Position numbers and translations under genes: made by a program
DNA from: a virus
DNA length: 64,000 nt
Virus record (IMG/VR): IMGVR_UViG_3300022213_000004
Direction: 5' to 3' (one strand)
The notes under the pieces: generated by a model
Told to the model about the DNA's origin: nothing
Seen by the model: only the letters and a program-made list of their open reading frames with translations
Database searches by the model: none
Part shown: in pieces, positions 23,474-34,500 of the stretch
How positions within the stretch are numbered: position 1 is the stretch's first letter
Layout of the letters: each line of letters opens with the position of its first letter

Positions 23474-23611
23474 ATGGCACCAAAGAAGAAAGCAAATTGT
23501 CACGGTTGGGGAATATTCGGAGGAAAGCACAAAAGAAATAAAAGTTGTGCCACTGGAATATTTCGGACGCCTGCACAAAAAAGAGTATCATCAAAAAGAA
23601 AAAGGAAATGA
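23474..23611 (+). CDS. Small very basic protein
   Basis: 45 aa MAPKKKANCHGWG..KRKRK. Confidence 0.5.
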   Translation: MAPKKKANCHGWGIFGGKHKRNKSCATGIFRTPAQKRVSSKRKRK

Positions 23612-23748
23612 GATCTCACCCATATTGGAATTTTTGGAGAGTAGTTTTTGCTGGTTGGTTAATTCGCCATCCCGCAAAATGCTTTAAGATCATTGGAGTT
23701 CCTCTGGGGATTTTAATTGTTATAATATATAAGTCGATAGTAAATTAA
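23608..23748 (+). CDS. Small membrane protein
   Basis: PYWNFWRVVFAGWLIRHP plus TM helix. Confidence 0.6.
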   Translation: MRSHPYWNFWRVVFAGWLIRHPAKCFKIIGVPLGILIVIIYKSIVN

Positions 23749-23784
23749 GTTTTACCACAAAAAATTTTCGAAAAAAATTTTTTT

Positions 23785-23985
23785 ATGAAAAACCAAGAGA
23801 GAATATATCACATATACGCAAAGGATAAGTGCATATATCACAGTCTATCGGAAGAAAAGTTTTCCGAGACTTGGGAGATGCTGCACAGAATGGTTGATTT
23901 ACTTGATTTAAATCTTACAAAGGATGATTTAAATTATGAAGAACTTTATCTTAATATGGAAGCAGTTTTAAATTCCTCACATTGA
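23785..23985 (+). CDS. Hypothetical protein
   Basis: IYHIYAKDKCIYHSLSEEKF. Confidence 0.7.
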   Translation: MKNQERIYHIYAKDKCIYHSLSEEKFSETWEMLHRMVDLLDLNLTKDDLNYEELYLNMEAVLNSSH

Positions 23986-24035
23986 CAATCACATATATAC
24001 AATGTTAAAATTGAAATGAAGGTTTATTAATTTTT

Positions 24036-24806
24036 ATGTCCAAAGGATTTACTGTTAAGGCTGCATCCCCTCAAAAATCAGCAGAAGAGTGGGACTATGA
24101 TGCTATTAAAAAAAGAATGAGAGGTAAGAGCATTGTCTTTTGTCTTCCTGGAAGAGGATGTTCTTTCATCTTTCTAAAAGCATTCGTACAACTTTGTTTT
24201 GATCTAGTACAAAATGGAATGAGTATTCAGATTTCTCAAGACTACTCTTCAATGGTAAACTTTGCACGATGCAAGTGTCTTGGCGCGAATGTACTCAGAG
24301 GTCCAAAGCAAGTACCTTGGGATGGAAAACTTGAATATGATTATCAACTCTGGATTGATAGTGATATTGTTTTCGATTCTAACAAGTTCTGGCAACTCTG
24401 TGATATTGCTTTCCCCGCAGAAGAAGAGGAGGAGCGTGAAATTGTCGCTGGTTGGTATGCAACTGAAGACGGACACACAACCTCTGTCGCACACTGGTTA
24501 GAAGAAGATGACTTCCGTAAGAACGGTGGAGTCATGAATCATGAGACCGTTGAATCTATCTCAAAGCGTCGTAAGCCATTCACTGTAGATTATACAGGTT
24601 TTGGTTGGGTTTTGATTAAGAAAGGTGTCTTTGAAAATCTAGAATATCCTTGGTTTGCTCCAAAGATGCAAGTCTTTGAGTCTGGTGCCGTTCAAGATAT
24701 GTGTGGTGAAGATGTATCATTCTGTCTTGATGCAATTGATGCAGGATTTAAGATTTGGTGCGATCCTCGCATTAGAGTCGGACATGAGAAAACTCGTATT
24801 ATCTGA
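24036..24806 (+). CDS. GT-A fold (GT2-like) glycosyltransferase
   Basis: WIDSDI DxD motif, TGFGWVLIKKGVFE, GEDVSFC, VGHEK; TTGACA promoter at 23982. Confidence 0.75.
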   Translation: MSKGFTVKAASPQKSAEEWDYDAIKKRMRGKSIVFCLPGRGCSFIFLKAFVQLCFDLVQNGMSIQISQDYSSMVNFARCKCLGANVLRGPKQVPWDGKLEYDYQLWIDSDIVFDSNKFWQLCDIAFPAEEEEEREIVAGWYATEDGHTTSVAHWLEEDDFRKNGGVMNHETVESISKRRKPFTVDYTGFGWVLIKKGVFENLEYPWFAPKMQVFESGAVQDMCGEDVSFCLDAIDAGFKIWCDPRIRVGHEKTRII

Positions 24807-24961
24807 TGATAAAATACAACGTACTTTATCAAGCACGTAAAATTTATACAGATCTCACTGCAGAAGAATGCAGTGAGATCATTCAAGACTTCGCTGAGCG
24901 TTTTTACTTAGGTGAAGATATTGATCCAAATTTAATTGAACTGGAGGAAATTTATGGCTAA
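24806..24961 (+). CDS. Small hypothetical protein
   Basis: 51 aa, TGATG-coupled. Confidence 0.6.
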   Translation: MIKYNVLYQARKIYTDLTAEECSEIIQDFAERFYLGEDIDPNLIELEEIYG

Positions 24962-25094
24962 AGGTGGAAGTAATAAGACGGTGTTTGAACCTGGAGCACC
25001 TAAGAAAACACGTCAAGGACGTTCTCCTCGCACACTACTCAGTGCAACCTCTCGCAATGGACGAAAGAAAAAGTATAGAGGTCAAGGAAAATAA
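24954..25094 (+). CDS. Small basic protein (..KKYRGQGK)
   Basis: 46 aa; GGAGG RBS; C-terminal motif typical of the small gene preceding gp25 in T4-like phages. Confidence 0.75.
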   Translation: MAKGGSNKTVFEPGAPKKTRQGRSPRTLLSATSRNGRKKKYRGQGK

Positions 25095-25301
25095 ATGCTC
25101 CAATTAGATCCATAAAGCCCAGTCATTACCCCAAAGGGTCTTGGCTGGGCTTTTTTTGTAATTGATCGTTCTCAGGAACACAATTTAGAATGGGTTGTCT
25201 TTTTAGATGACACAGGTGAATGTTGGACTTTTACCAATTCCCAAATTAAAATACAAAGAAACTATACAATGGAAAGACAAAACTATGAAACTAAAATTTA
25301 A
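25095..25301 (+). pseudogene. Small phage gene interrupted by in-frame TAA at codon 7 and overlapping a terminator
   Basis: MLQLDP*SPVITPKGLGWAFFVIDRSQEHNLEWVVFLDDTGECWTF..; hairpin 25114-25153 plus T run. Confidence 0.6.
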
Positions 25302-25331
25302 GATAAATCATAATATGGACTAGAAAAAATT

Positions 25332-26000
25332 ATGTACCATTTCAATCCTCTATATGAATTGAGTTCCATTCATATAGAGGATTTATGGGTATATAATAAA
25401 CTCTTTCTATCACACTCTCTAAGGTATCTGTGTGGTCCTGTAGGGACTTCTGTACCATCTCCAGACCATTATATCGTCCGACCAAGTATTAATTTACTCG
25501 GTATGGGACGATTTTCTCGTATAGAGTGGATTGATAGATATACCGATCATTTCCATCCATCAGAGTTTTGGTGTGAAATATTTCATGGAGAACACATTAG
25601 TGTTGATTTTAGAGATAAAAAGGCACAATTAGTTGTTTTGGGTGATAGATATGATAATAAATCATTGTACAAATGGAAAAAATGGACTAAGATTGATAGA
25701 GATATTGAATTTCCTTCAACTTTAAACAATTTGAAAGGGAATTATGAGTGGATTAACTGCGAATTTATCGGAAATAAACTTATCGAAGTACATTTTCGCC
25801 AAAATCCAGACTTTCGATATGGCAATACTGTTGCAATTCCTGTTTGGAAAGGTGATAAGATAGAAAAAATAGAAAATTATACCTTTGTTAAAGACGAAGA
25901 CTATCTAAGAAAAGGGTTTTACATCAATACCCGGGATAGTAACCCCGTAAAAAGTTCTGATTTTAACGAATCAGGAGCGCACAATGTCCAAAAAAATTGA
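25332..26000 (+). CDS. Hypothetical protein, possible ATP-grasp fold
   Basis: YIVRP..LGMG..FWCEIF.GEHISVD..NCEFIGNKLIEVHFR. Confidence 0.55.
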   Translation: MYHFNPLYELSSIHIEDLWVYNKLFLSHSLRYLCGPVGTSVPSPDHYIVRPSINLLGMGRFSRIEWIDRYTDHFHPSEFWCEIFHGEHISVDFRDKKAQLVVLGDRYDNKSLYKWKKWTKIDRDIEFPSTLNNLKGNYEWINCEFIGNKLIEVHFRQNPDFRYGNTVAIPVWKGDKIEKIENYTFVKDEDYLRKGFYINTRDSNPVKSSDFNESGAHNVQKN

Positions 26001-26238
26001 TAAAGATCAAAATTTTATGAAAAATGAGTGGGGAACTCGATATTTGAGTAGTGAATATGGTTGGGAAGACCAAATTAATAAGCAAAAGATGCTTCGTGAG
26101 ATTGCAAACGATGATCTAACTCCCAAAAAACACGATTTTTATCATCAAAACGAAATTCATGCCAAAATTAGAAATGATTCTGACTATGATGATTGGGAAT
26201 ATGGCACTGAACCACTTTATGAATCAAAAAATTCCTAA
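25984..26238 (+). CDS. Hypothetical protein
   Basis: 84 aa, AGGAG RBS. Confidence 0.7.
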   Translation: MSKKIDKDQNFMKNEWGTRYLSSEYGWEDQINKQKMLREIANDDLTPKKHDFYHQNEIHAKIRNDSDYDDWEYGTEPLYESKNS

Positions 26239-26264
26239 TAAATAAGATAGATTTAAAATAATTC

Positions 26265-26666
26265 ATGCCTCTAGAACGGGTAAGTCAAGGATTTAAAGAC
26301 GTTAGTATGACTTTTCAGACCAATCCTCTGAATAATGATCTCATTGCACTAAAAAATGAAACTGCAATCTCCCGTTCTATTAAGAATATTGTTTTTACTC
26401 TTCGGGGAGAAAAGTTTTTTAATGAAAATTTTGGTTCCAACATTTCAAAAGTTCTCTTTGAAAATATAGATGAGATTACGTCATCAATCATTGCAGATGA
26501 AATTAGGCAATCGATAATAAATTATGAACCAAGAGTTAGACTGATTGATGTTCAAATTTTTCCAGACTATGATAATGGTTCTTTTGATGTGAGTATTTTA
26601 TATAATATTATAGGAGTGGACGTTGCTTCACAACAATTACAATTTGTATTGCAATCTACCAGGTAA
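26265..26666 (+). CDS. gp25: Baseplate wedge subunit gp25
   Basis: AISRSIKNIVFT..GEKFF..FGS..INYEPRV; late promoter 26237-26244. Confidence 0.93.
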   Translation: MPLERVSQGFKDVSMTFQTNPLNNDLIALKNETAISRSIKNIVFTLRGEKFFNENFGSNISKVLFENIDEITSSIIADEIRQSIINYEPRVRLIDVQIFPDYDNGSFDVSILYNIIGVDVASQQLQFVLQSTR

Positions 26667-28592
26667 ATGTCATTAATAAATTTTTCAAATCTGGACTTTG
26701 ACCAGATTAAAACAACACTTAAAGATTATTTAAAAGCAAATTCTAATTTTATTGATTATGATTTTGAGGGATCTAATCTTTCAACAATTCTTGATGTTTT
26801 GGCGTACAATACCTATATAACTTCATATAATGCGAACATGGTTGCAAATGAAGTTTTTATAGACAGCGCAACTCTTAGAGAAAATGTGGTTTCTCTTGCT
26901 AAAAATATAGGATATGTACCAAGGTCTAGAAAGGCAGCATCTGCAACGGTGAGTTTCTTTGTTGATGTATCGAATATTTTTCCAAAACTATCTTCTCTTA
27001 CCTTAAAAAAAGGTCCAGTTGCAACATCCACCAATTCCTTTGAAAATAACTCATTTGTTTTTTCAATATTAGATGATATTACAGTTCCAGTTGTTAATGG
27101 AATTGCTTCCTTTGACAATATAAAAGTTTACCAGGGAATTCTCATATCAAATAATTTTACATACTCTTCTAGAAATCAATATCAAAGATTTATTCTACAA
27201 AATCTCGGTATAGACACAGATTTAATATCCATAAGTGTTAGAAATAATGAGCAATCATCAATAGTTCAAAAATACACATTTCAAGATAGTCTTTTTGATA
27301 TTAATAAAGAATCTAGAATATATTTTTTACAAGAAATAGAAGACGAAAGATATGAAATTATTTTTGGTGATGGAGTATTTGGGAAAAAACTTGATGAAGG
27401 AAATTACATAACTATCAATTATATTACTTCAAACGGCGATAGTGCAAATGGAGTTTCTCAGTTCGCTTTTTCTGGTAGATTAACATATACAAGAAATTCC
27501 ATAGAATATACGGTATCAACGGGAATTTCTCTAATAACCACTATCTTACCATCGTCTGGCGGAGAAAATATAGAATCGGTAGAATCAATAAAAAAATATG
27601 CACCTAGAATATATGCCTCTCAAAATAGAGCTGTCACAATAAATGATTACGAAACTTTAATACCTTCCAGAATATACAAAGAAACGGAATCTATATCAGT
27701 TTTTGGTGGGGAAGATTTGGTGCCGCCACAATACGGAAAGGTTTTTATAAGTATCAAACCAAAATTTGGCGATTTTATTCCAAATCTTATAAAAGAAGAA
27801 ATTAAGTTAAAGTTAAAAAAATATGCAATATCTGGTATAGTTCCGGAAATACTAGATCTCAAATATATTTATCTTGAGGTAAATTCAAAAGTTTATTATA
27901 ATACAAACTTATCACCATCTTCCGAATATATATCAAGCATTGTTCAGCAAAATGCATTAAAATACTCAAAGTCTACGGAATTGAATCAATATGGAGCAAG
28001 ATTTAAATATAGTAAATTTTTAAAAATAATAGATGATAGTCACGAATCAGTTACTTCAAATATAACAACACTTCAAATGAGAAGGGATTTGAGAGTATCT
28101 TTAAATACTTATGCAGAATATCAAATTGGATTTGGAAACGAATTTCATATAAAAAACCAAAATGGTTATAACATTAAAACATCGGGATTCAAAATTGATG
28201 GATTATCTCAAACTGTTTATATAGGAGATATTCCCAATACAGACCAAACTACAGGGTCTTTGTTTTTATTTACGATAAATTCTATAAATTCAACTTCCCC
28301 AATAATTTTAAGAAGAAATATTGGAAATATTGATTATAAAAAAGGTATATTGACGATAAATCCAATTAATATTTTATCTGGAAAGATAAAAGATGGTCAA
28401 ACAATTATCGAAATATCTGCTGTCCCAAAATCAAATGATGTTGTGGGAAAACAAGATCTTTATTTACAACTAGATATTAATAACAGTATTTTTGATACTG
28501 TTATTGATAATATTTCATCTGGATTGGACCCCTCAGCATCAAATTACATTATATCATCAAGTTATAACAACGGAAATTTAGTAAGATCATAA
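26667..28592 (+). CDS. gp6: Baseplate wedge subunit gp6
   Basis: LDFDQIK..DYDFEGSNLS.ILDVLAYNT..FIDSATLRENVVSLAK.IGY.P; QNRAVT..DY. Confidence 0.95.
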   Translation: MSLINFSNLDFDQIKTTLKDYLKANSNFIDYDFEGSNLSTILDVLAYNTYITSYNANMVANEVFIDSATLRENVVSLAKNIGYVPRSRKAASATVSFFVDVSNIFPKLSSLTLKKGPVATSTNSFENNSFVFSILDDITVPVVNGIASFDNIKVYQGILISNNFTYSSRNQYQRFILQNLGIDTDLISISVRNNEQSSIVQKYTFQDSLFDINKESRIYFLQEIEDERYEIIFGDGVFGKKLDEGNYITINYITSNGDSANGVSQFAFSGRLTYTRNSIEYTVSTGISLITTILPSSGGENIESVESIKKYAPRIYASQNRAVTINDYETLIPSRIYKETESISVFGGEDLVPPQYGKVFISIKPKFGDFIPNLIKEEIKLKLKKYAISGIVPEILDLKYIYLEVNSKVYYNTNLSPSSEYISSIVQQNALKYSKSTELNQYGARFKYSKFLKIIDDSHESVTSNITTLQMRRDLRVSLNTYAEYQIGFGNEFHIKNQNGYNIKTSGFKIDGLSQTVYIGDIPNTDQTTGSLFLFTINSINSTSPIILRRNIGNIDYKKGILTINPINILSGKIKDGQTIIEISAVPKSNDVVGKQDLYLQLDINNSIFDTVIDNISSGLDPSASNYIISSSYNNGNLVRS

Positions 28593-28596
28593 TAAA

Positions 28597-31500
28597 ATGC
28601 TAGAAAAAAGAATTCAAATCAAAGACATTGTAAGTAATCAACTTCCACAGTATGTGAAAGAAGATTATCCTCTTGTTGCAGAATTTCTTAAACAGTATTA
28701 TTTGTCCCAGGAATTTCCGGGTGGTCCTGCAGATTTAATACAAAATATTGATAGATACGTAAAAGTAGATAACACAACAGAACTGACAGATTTTGTTCTT
28801 TTACAATCCGATATTTCTAGTATAGAAGAAAACATATCAGTAGATTTTTTAAATTTTGAACAAAATCAAATTGATTTTCCAAACAATTATGGTTTAATAT
28901 CAATAGATGATGAATTAATTTTATATGAAAATAAAACTCAAACTGGATTTGAAAATTGCCATAGAGGATTTAGTGGTATAATATCTCATAAAAATGTAAA
29001 TGTTGGAATAGCTTCTACTTACAGGCTTCGTCCCTCTGACGAATTAATTTTCAAAAAATCAGATTCATCTTCACATAAATCCGGTGCAAAGATTTATAAT
29101 TTAAGTTCTTTATTTTTAAAAGAATTTCTACTCAAATTAAAATATCAATTAACACCAGGATTTGAGAATAGAAGTTTTGTTGAAAGAGCGAACGAAGCAA
29201 CTATTATTAAACAAATAAAAGATTTTTATAGAAGTAAAGGTACAGATCAATCGTTTGAAATTCTGTTCAGATCTTTATATGGTGAAGATGTAGAAGTATT
29301 GCGTCCAAAAAATTTCCTTTTTAGACCTTCAGACGCTCAGTATAAAATAACAAATGATTTTATTATAGAAAAGATATCTGGTCCGATAGAAAAAATTAGA
29401 AATCTTACATTATTCCAAAATGAATATTTAAATATTACAAAAGCTTATGGTACAATAACTGAACCTCTCGAAGAAATAGTTACAAGCGATGGTAAAATAT
29501 TTTATAAGTTAAAAATTGATGGGGGATATAATAGAGACCTAATATATGACGGTGCCATTTATGGAGGGTTTTCTGTACATCCAAAAACTAGAGTTATTGG
29601 AAACTATAATACACAATCAACTACAATAGATGTTGATTCTACTGTAGGATTTCCAAATAAAGGTGAATTTTTAGTAAATTATGAAGATGGTACACAAGGT
29701 GTAGTTTCATATAATTCTAAAAGTTTAACTCAGTTTATTGGATGCTCTGACATTACAAAAAATATTTTAGATAATTCCACAATTGGAGTTAACACCTATG
29801 CATATGCCAACACAGAAGATGGTGAAGAAATTAGAGTAAGAATTGTTTCTACTTTAAATGATGTAGAAATTCCCAATGATAATATTTTGTTCAGTGAAGG
29901 AGATACTATTAGAATAAAAACACTTGGTTTTGAAGATGGTGATGCAAGGTCAAATGAATGGATATTTAACTTACCTATTGTTTATGATGTAGAGTCTTAT
30001 AATATAATTGATGATTTTGATAATACTTATTCATTAACTTTAAAAGATAATCATAATTTAAAAGTCGGCGATACTTTACAAATTATTGATAATTTAGGTA
30101 ACAAAAAGCAATCCACTATAATTGATGTAACTTCAGATAAAACTATTGTTATTTCCGGGCAGGGATTTTTACCACAAGGTTTGTACACAGTAAAAAGAAA
30201 TATTTTAAAAGGAAATTCTTCAAAATATTCATATATTGGAGAAACATCGACCGATATTCAAAATGTCTATACAAATAAAAACAATGACCTATTAATATCA
30301 TCTCCATCTATTCCATATTATCCAAACACTGAATTAAATTCAAACAATAGATCTGTTTATTTTTCTGGATCTTACATTGCAGGATCCACAATCTTCAAAT
30401 TAACGTCTACTATTGATCATGGATTTTATACGGGAGATTGTGTCTATTATACGCCAGAAAAAGAAACAATACAATCTAGAGATATTGATGGAAGTATAAA
30501 CAATTTTGAAATAATATCATCTTCTCTATTCGATGAAGGAATTTATTTTATTAAAAGAATTGATAAAAACAATATTAAACTATCGAAGAGTAAATCCGAT
30601 ATTCTATATGAAAAATATGTATCTCCAGAAAATGATATTGTAATTAATAATAATAAAATAGAACCTATACAATTTAGCGGTAAAACGATAAAATCGCAAA
30701 AATTATTGAGAAAAATTTCTACTCCAATTGCATCAGAAAAATTAGAACCAACATCTCACGGATTTACTGGTATTTTAATCAATGGTACGGAAATTTTAAA
30801 TTATAAGTCAAAGGATAAAATCTTCTTTGGACCCTTAGAAAAGATTGATGTAATTTCGGGAGGATCCGATTATGACATAATAAATCCTCCAACATTAATA
30901 ATCTCAGACTCAGTGGGAAGTGGTGCTACTGGACATTGCTCAGTTTCTGGATCTTTAAAAGAAATTCGCATATTAAACCCTGGTTTTGATTATTTGGAAG
31001 ACCCAATTGTCAAAATTACCGGAGGTAATGGAATTGGTGCCGTAGCTAAATGTAATACCAAATTAATCACACACAAATCCACGTTTAATTCGGAAAAAAG
31101 TTCTGGATTAGTTGGGATTGGTAGCACTATTTCTACTATTGGATTTTCTACTTATCATAAATTTAAAAATGGAGAAGAAGTAATATATAAAACCAACTCT
31201 CATACTGCAGTTGGTGGATTATCTACAGATTCAAAATATTATGTTTCCACAGTTTCAACGACAAAAATAAAATTACACAAAACGCTAGGTGATTCTATTT
31301 CAGGAATAAACACAATAACATTGACTAATCACGGAATAGGAAATCATGATTTTGAATCTGTAAATCGGAAAAGAATTTTATCGTCCATAAGCGTAGAAAA
31401 TACGGGAAGTGGATACCAAAATAAAAAAAGAACGGTTTCATATTCGGGTATTAATATTGCCTCAGATATAATAACAATAGAAAATCATGGTTTTCTTTCT

Positions 31501-34500
31501 GGGGAAGTTGTAAAGTACACCACTACAGGAACTGTTATCGGTGGATTGGTACAAAATAAAAATTATTATGTATTAAAAATAGATGATAATCAGTTCAAAC
31601 TATGCGAAATTGGAACTGGTAGTTATGTTCAAGATTATTTTTATAATACAAGTCAATTTGTAAATCTTACTTCAAAAAATTCTGACATTCATGTATTTAA
31701 TTATCCAGATATTGAGGTTGAAATAATTGGAAACGTTGGATTATCTTCACAATATAAAGCGCAAATTGATCCCATTTTTAGAGGTGAAATAACTTCATTT
31801 CATTTAGAATCAAAAGGTTCTTCTTATGGTCTTGAAGAAGTATTTAATATTGAAAGACAACCTTCTCTTAACATTTTGTCTGGTTCCGGATCAGAATTTG
31901 ATGTAGTAGTTTCAGGTGGACGTATACAAAAAGTTCTCATTAATTCTGTTGGTCAAAATTATACGTGTTCGCCAGATTTAATTGTAGTTGGAGATGGAAA
32001 TGGTGCAGTATTAACTCCAGTAGTTTTAAATAATCAAATAGTTGATGTTAAAATTATTGAACCAGGTGCAGGATATTCTCCCAACAATACAAGAATAATC
32101 GTTTTTCATCCGGGAAGTGGTGCAAAATTCGCTTCAAAAATTAAAACATGGACTGTAAATTTATTTGCAAAATATTTGAACACATTTACAGAAGATGATG
32201 GATTTTTAAGTAGTGGATTAAACGATCAATATGAAATTCAATATTGCCATCTATACGCTCCAAGAAAATTAAGACAAATCTTATATTCTAGAGATCAATC
32301 AGGAAAAATTTTATTTTCAAATCCAGACTTAAAGTTTTCCAGAAACAAAGAAATAAAATCAACGGATCATTCTCCAATAATTGGATGGTCTTATGATGGA
32401 CATCCAATTTATGGTCCATATGGTTATTCCAAAAAATCTGGTGGCGTTGTTTCTCAAATAAAAAGTGGATATAACTTATTCATAGATCAAACTAGACCAT
32501 CTGCAAAGTATTTTCAACCAGGATTCTTTGTTGAGGATTTTAAATACCAAAAATCAAATGACGAATCTGTATTGGATGAAAATAATGGAAGATTTTGTAT
32601 AACTCCAGAATTTCCAAACGGAACTTATGCGTATTTTGCAACATTTGAAGAATCTTCAGTAGATTCTTCAGGACCATTTAAGAGATATTATAGACCAAAA
32701 TTTCCTTACCTAATAGGAAATTTCTTTAATTCAAAACCAAATGATTTTAATTTTAAGAAAAAATCCAATCAAGATGATATAGATCTCAATAAAACTGATT
32801 GGATTAGAAATACTTATGCTTATAATATAACAAAAACTAATTCTAGATATGAATATATAACTTTACCAAATAATTTAAACCAATCGATAGATATTGACGG
32901 AGTTTCTCCTGGTTCAATTGATAGTATTGGAATATCTTCTGGGGGAAACAATTATAAAGTAAATGACAAATTAATATTTAATAACATAGATTCTGAGGGA
33001 AATCCTAGAACCTTAGGAAGTTCTGCATCGGCAGTTGTTTCTGAACTAGTCGGAAAATTTATTTCTACAGTGAGCACTGCAAGTACTCACTTTTATAGTG
33101 TTCCAATATATCCATCAAACAAAAAAGGAGAATATGTTTTATATAACAATTTTCCACACAATATTAACACTTATGATTTAGTTAAAATATCCGGATTAAA
33201 TACAACTTCAAATATAGTTGCTGGAAATTATATTGTAGGAGTTGCAACAAATAGATTAGTTTTAGTTGGTTTGGGAACTACAACGGTAGGAATTGCCTCT
33301 GCAAATGTAACTGGAATAGTTACTTACATATCGGTTAGAGGAAATTTAGATTTTCTAAGTATAAGGGAGAATGATATTTATAGCATTGATAGTGAAAAAG
33401 TAAAAATTTTAAATGTTGATAGAAAATCTTCAAGATTAAGAATATTGAGACAAATAGAGGGAACTCCTGGATTATCTCATAGTATTACAACACTTTTATA
33501 TGAAGATCCTAGAAAGTTATTTGTGAAAGTTTCTAAAGAAAATGACATAACAAATTATAGTTCATACTTAGAAAATAAACAAATTTATTTTAATCCAAAA
33601 GAATCTCTGGGAATAGGAACTAATGGTAATGTAGGGATAGGGACAACAATTTATTTTTCCAATCCTGGAGCTGGTGCAACACAAGTATTCATACCACTCA
33701 GAACGATTTATTTACCAGAACATGGATTAAACACCGGAGATTTATTAACTTACGAAGTTAATAATGGAAGTCCCATTGTTGTTTCATCTACAGGGATAGG
33801 AACTACATCTTTATCTAACAATTCATCTTTATACGTTGCAAAAATAAATGAGAATTTAATTGGTATTTCTACAGTACAAGTTGGTTTAGGGAGCACTGGA
33901 TTTTTCTCTGGCATAACAACATCCACAAAAAATATTGGATTACTATTTTTTACAGGAATAGGCACAGGAACTTATCATAGTTTCAAAACAAATTATCCAG
34001 AAATTAAATGCGATTTATCAAAACATGTTGTCACAGTTTCTACTGCACAAACTCATGGATTAACAACTGATGATGTTGTTAATGTAATGGTAAGTGCATC
34101 TTCTACAACTGTTATTGTAAAATATAATAACTTTAATAGAAGAATTGTAGTAAATCCTAGAGATTTTACTGGAGCAAATATAAGTACAGCAAATAGTACA
34201 ATTACTATTTTAAATCATGGATATATTAATGGGCAAAGAGTGATTTATACTTCAGATTCTCCTTCTGGGGGATTAGTCAGTAATCAAATGTATTATGTTG
34301 TTTCGATTAATAAGGATATTATTAAACTTTCAAATTCTTATTACGATTCTACTATTGAAAGGCCAAGTACTATTAATATTACAAGTTCATCGGATGGAAC
34401 TATATCACCAATAAATCCACCTATAGATCTTTATAAAAATTCTACAGTAACATTTGACTTATCTGATTCATCTCTATCATACGTTAATGCACTTAAAACA

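Noticed and set aside
23546-23569. Another palindromic promoter (TGTGCCAC half-site)
   Set aside because: No right arm and no -10 at the fixed distance; it lies within a small ORF.
25113-25115. Genome-wide stop-codon reassignment
   Set aside because: TAA, TAG and TGA all terminate well-defined genes elsewhere; this is a single interruption.
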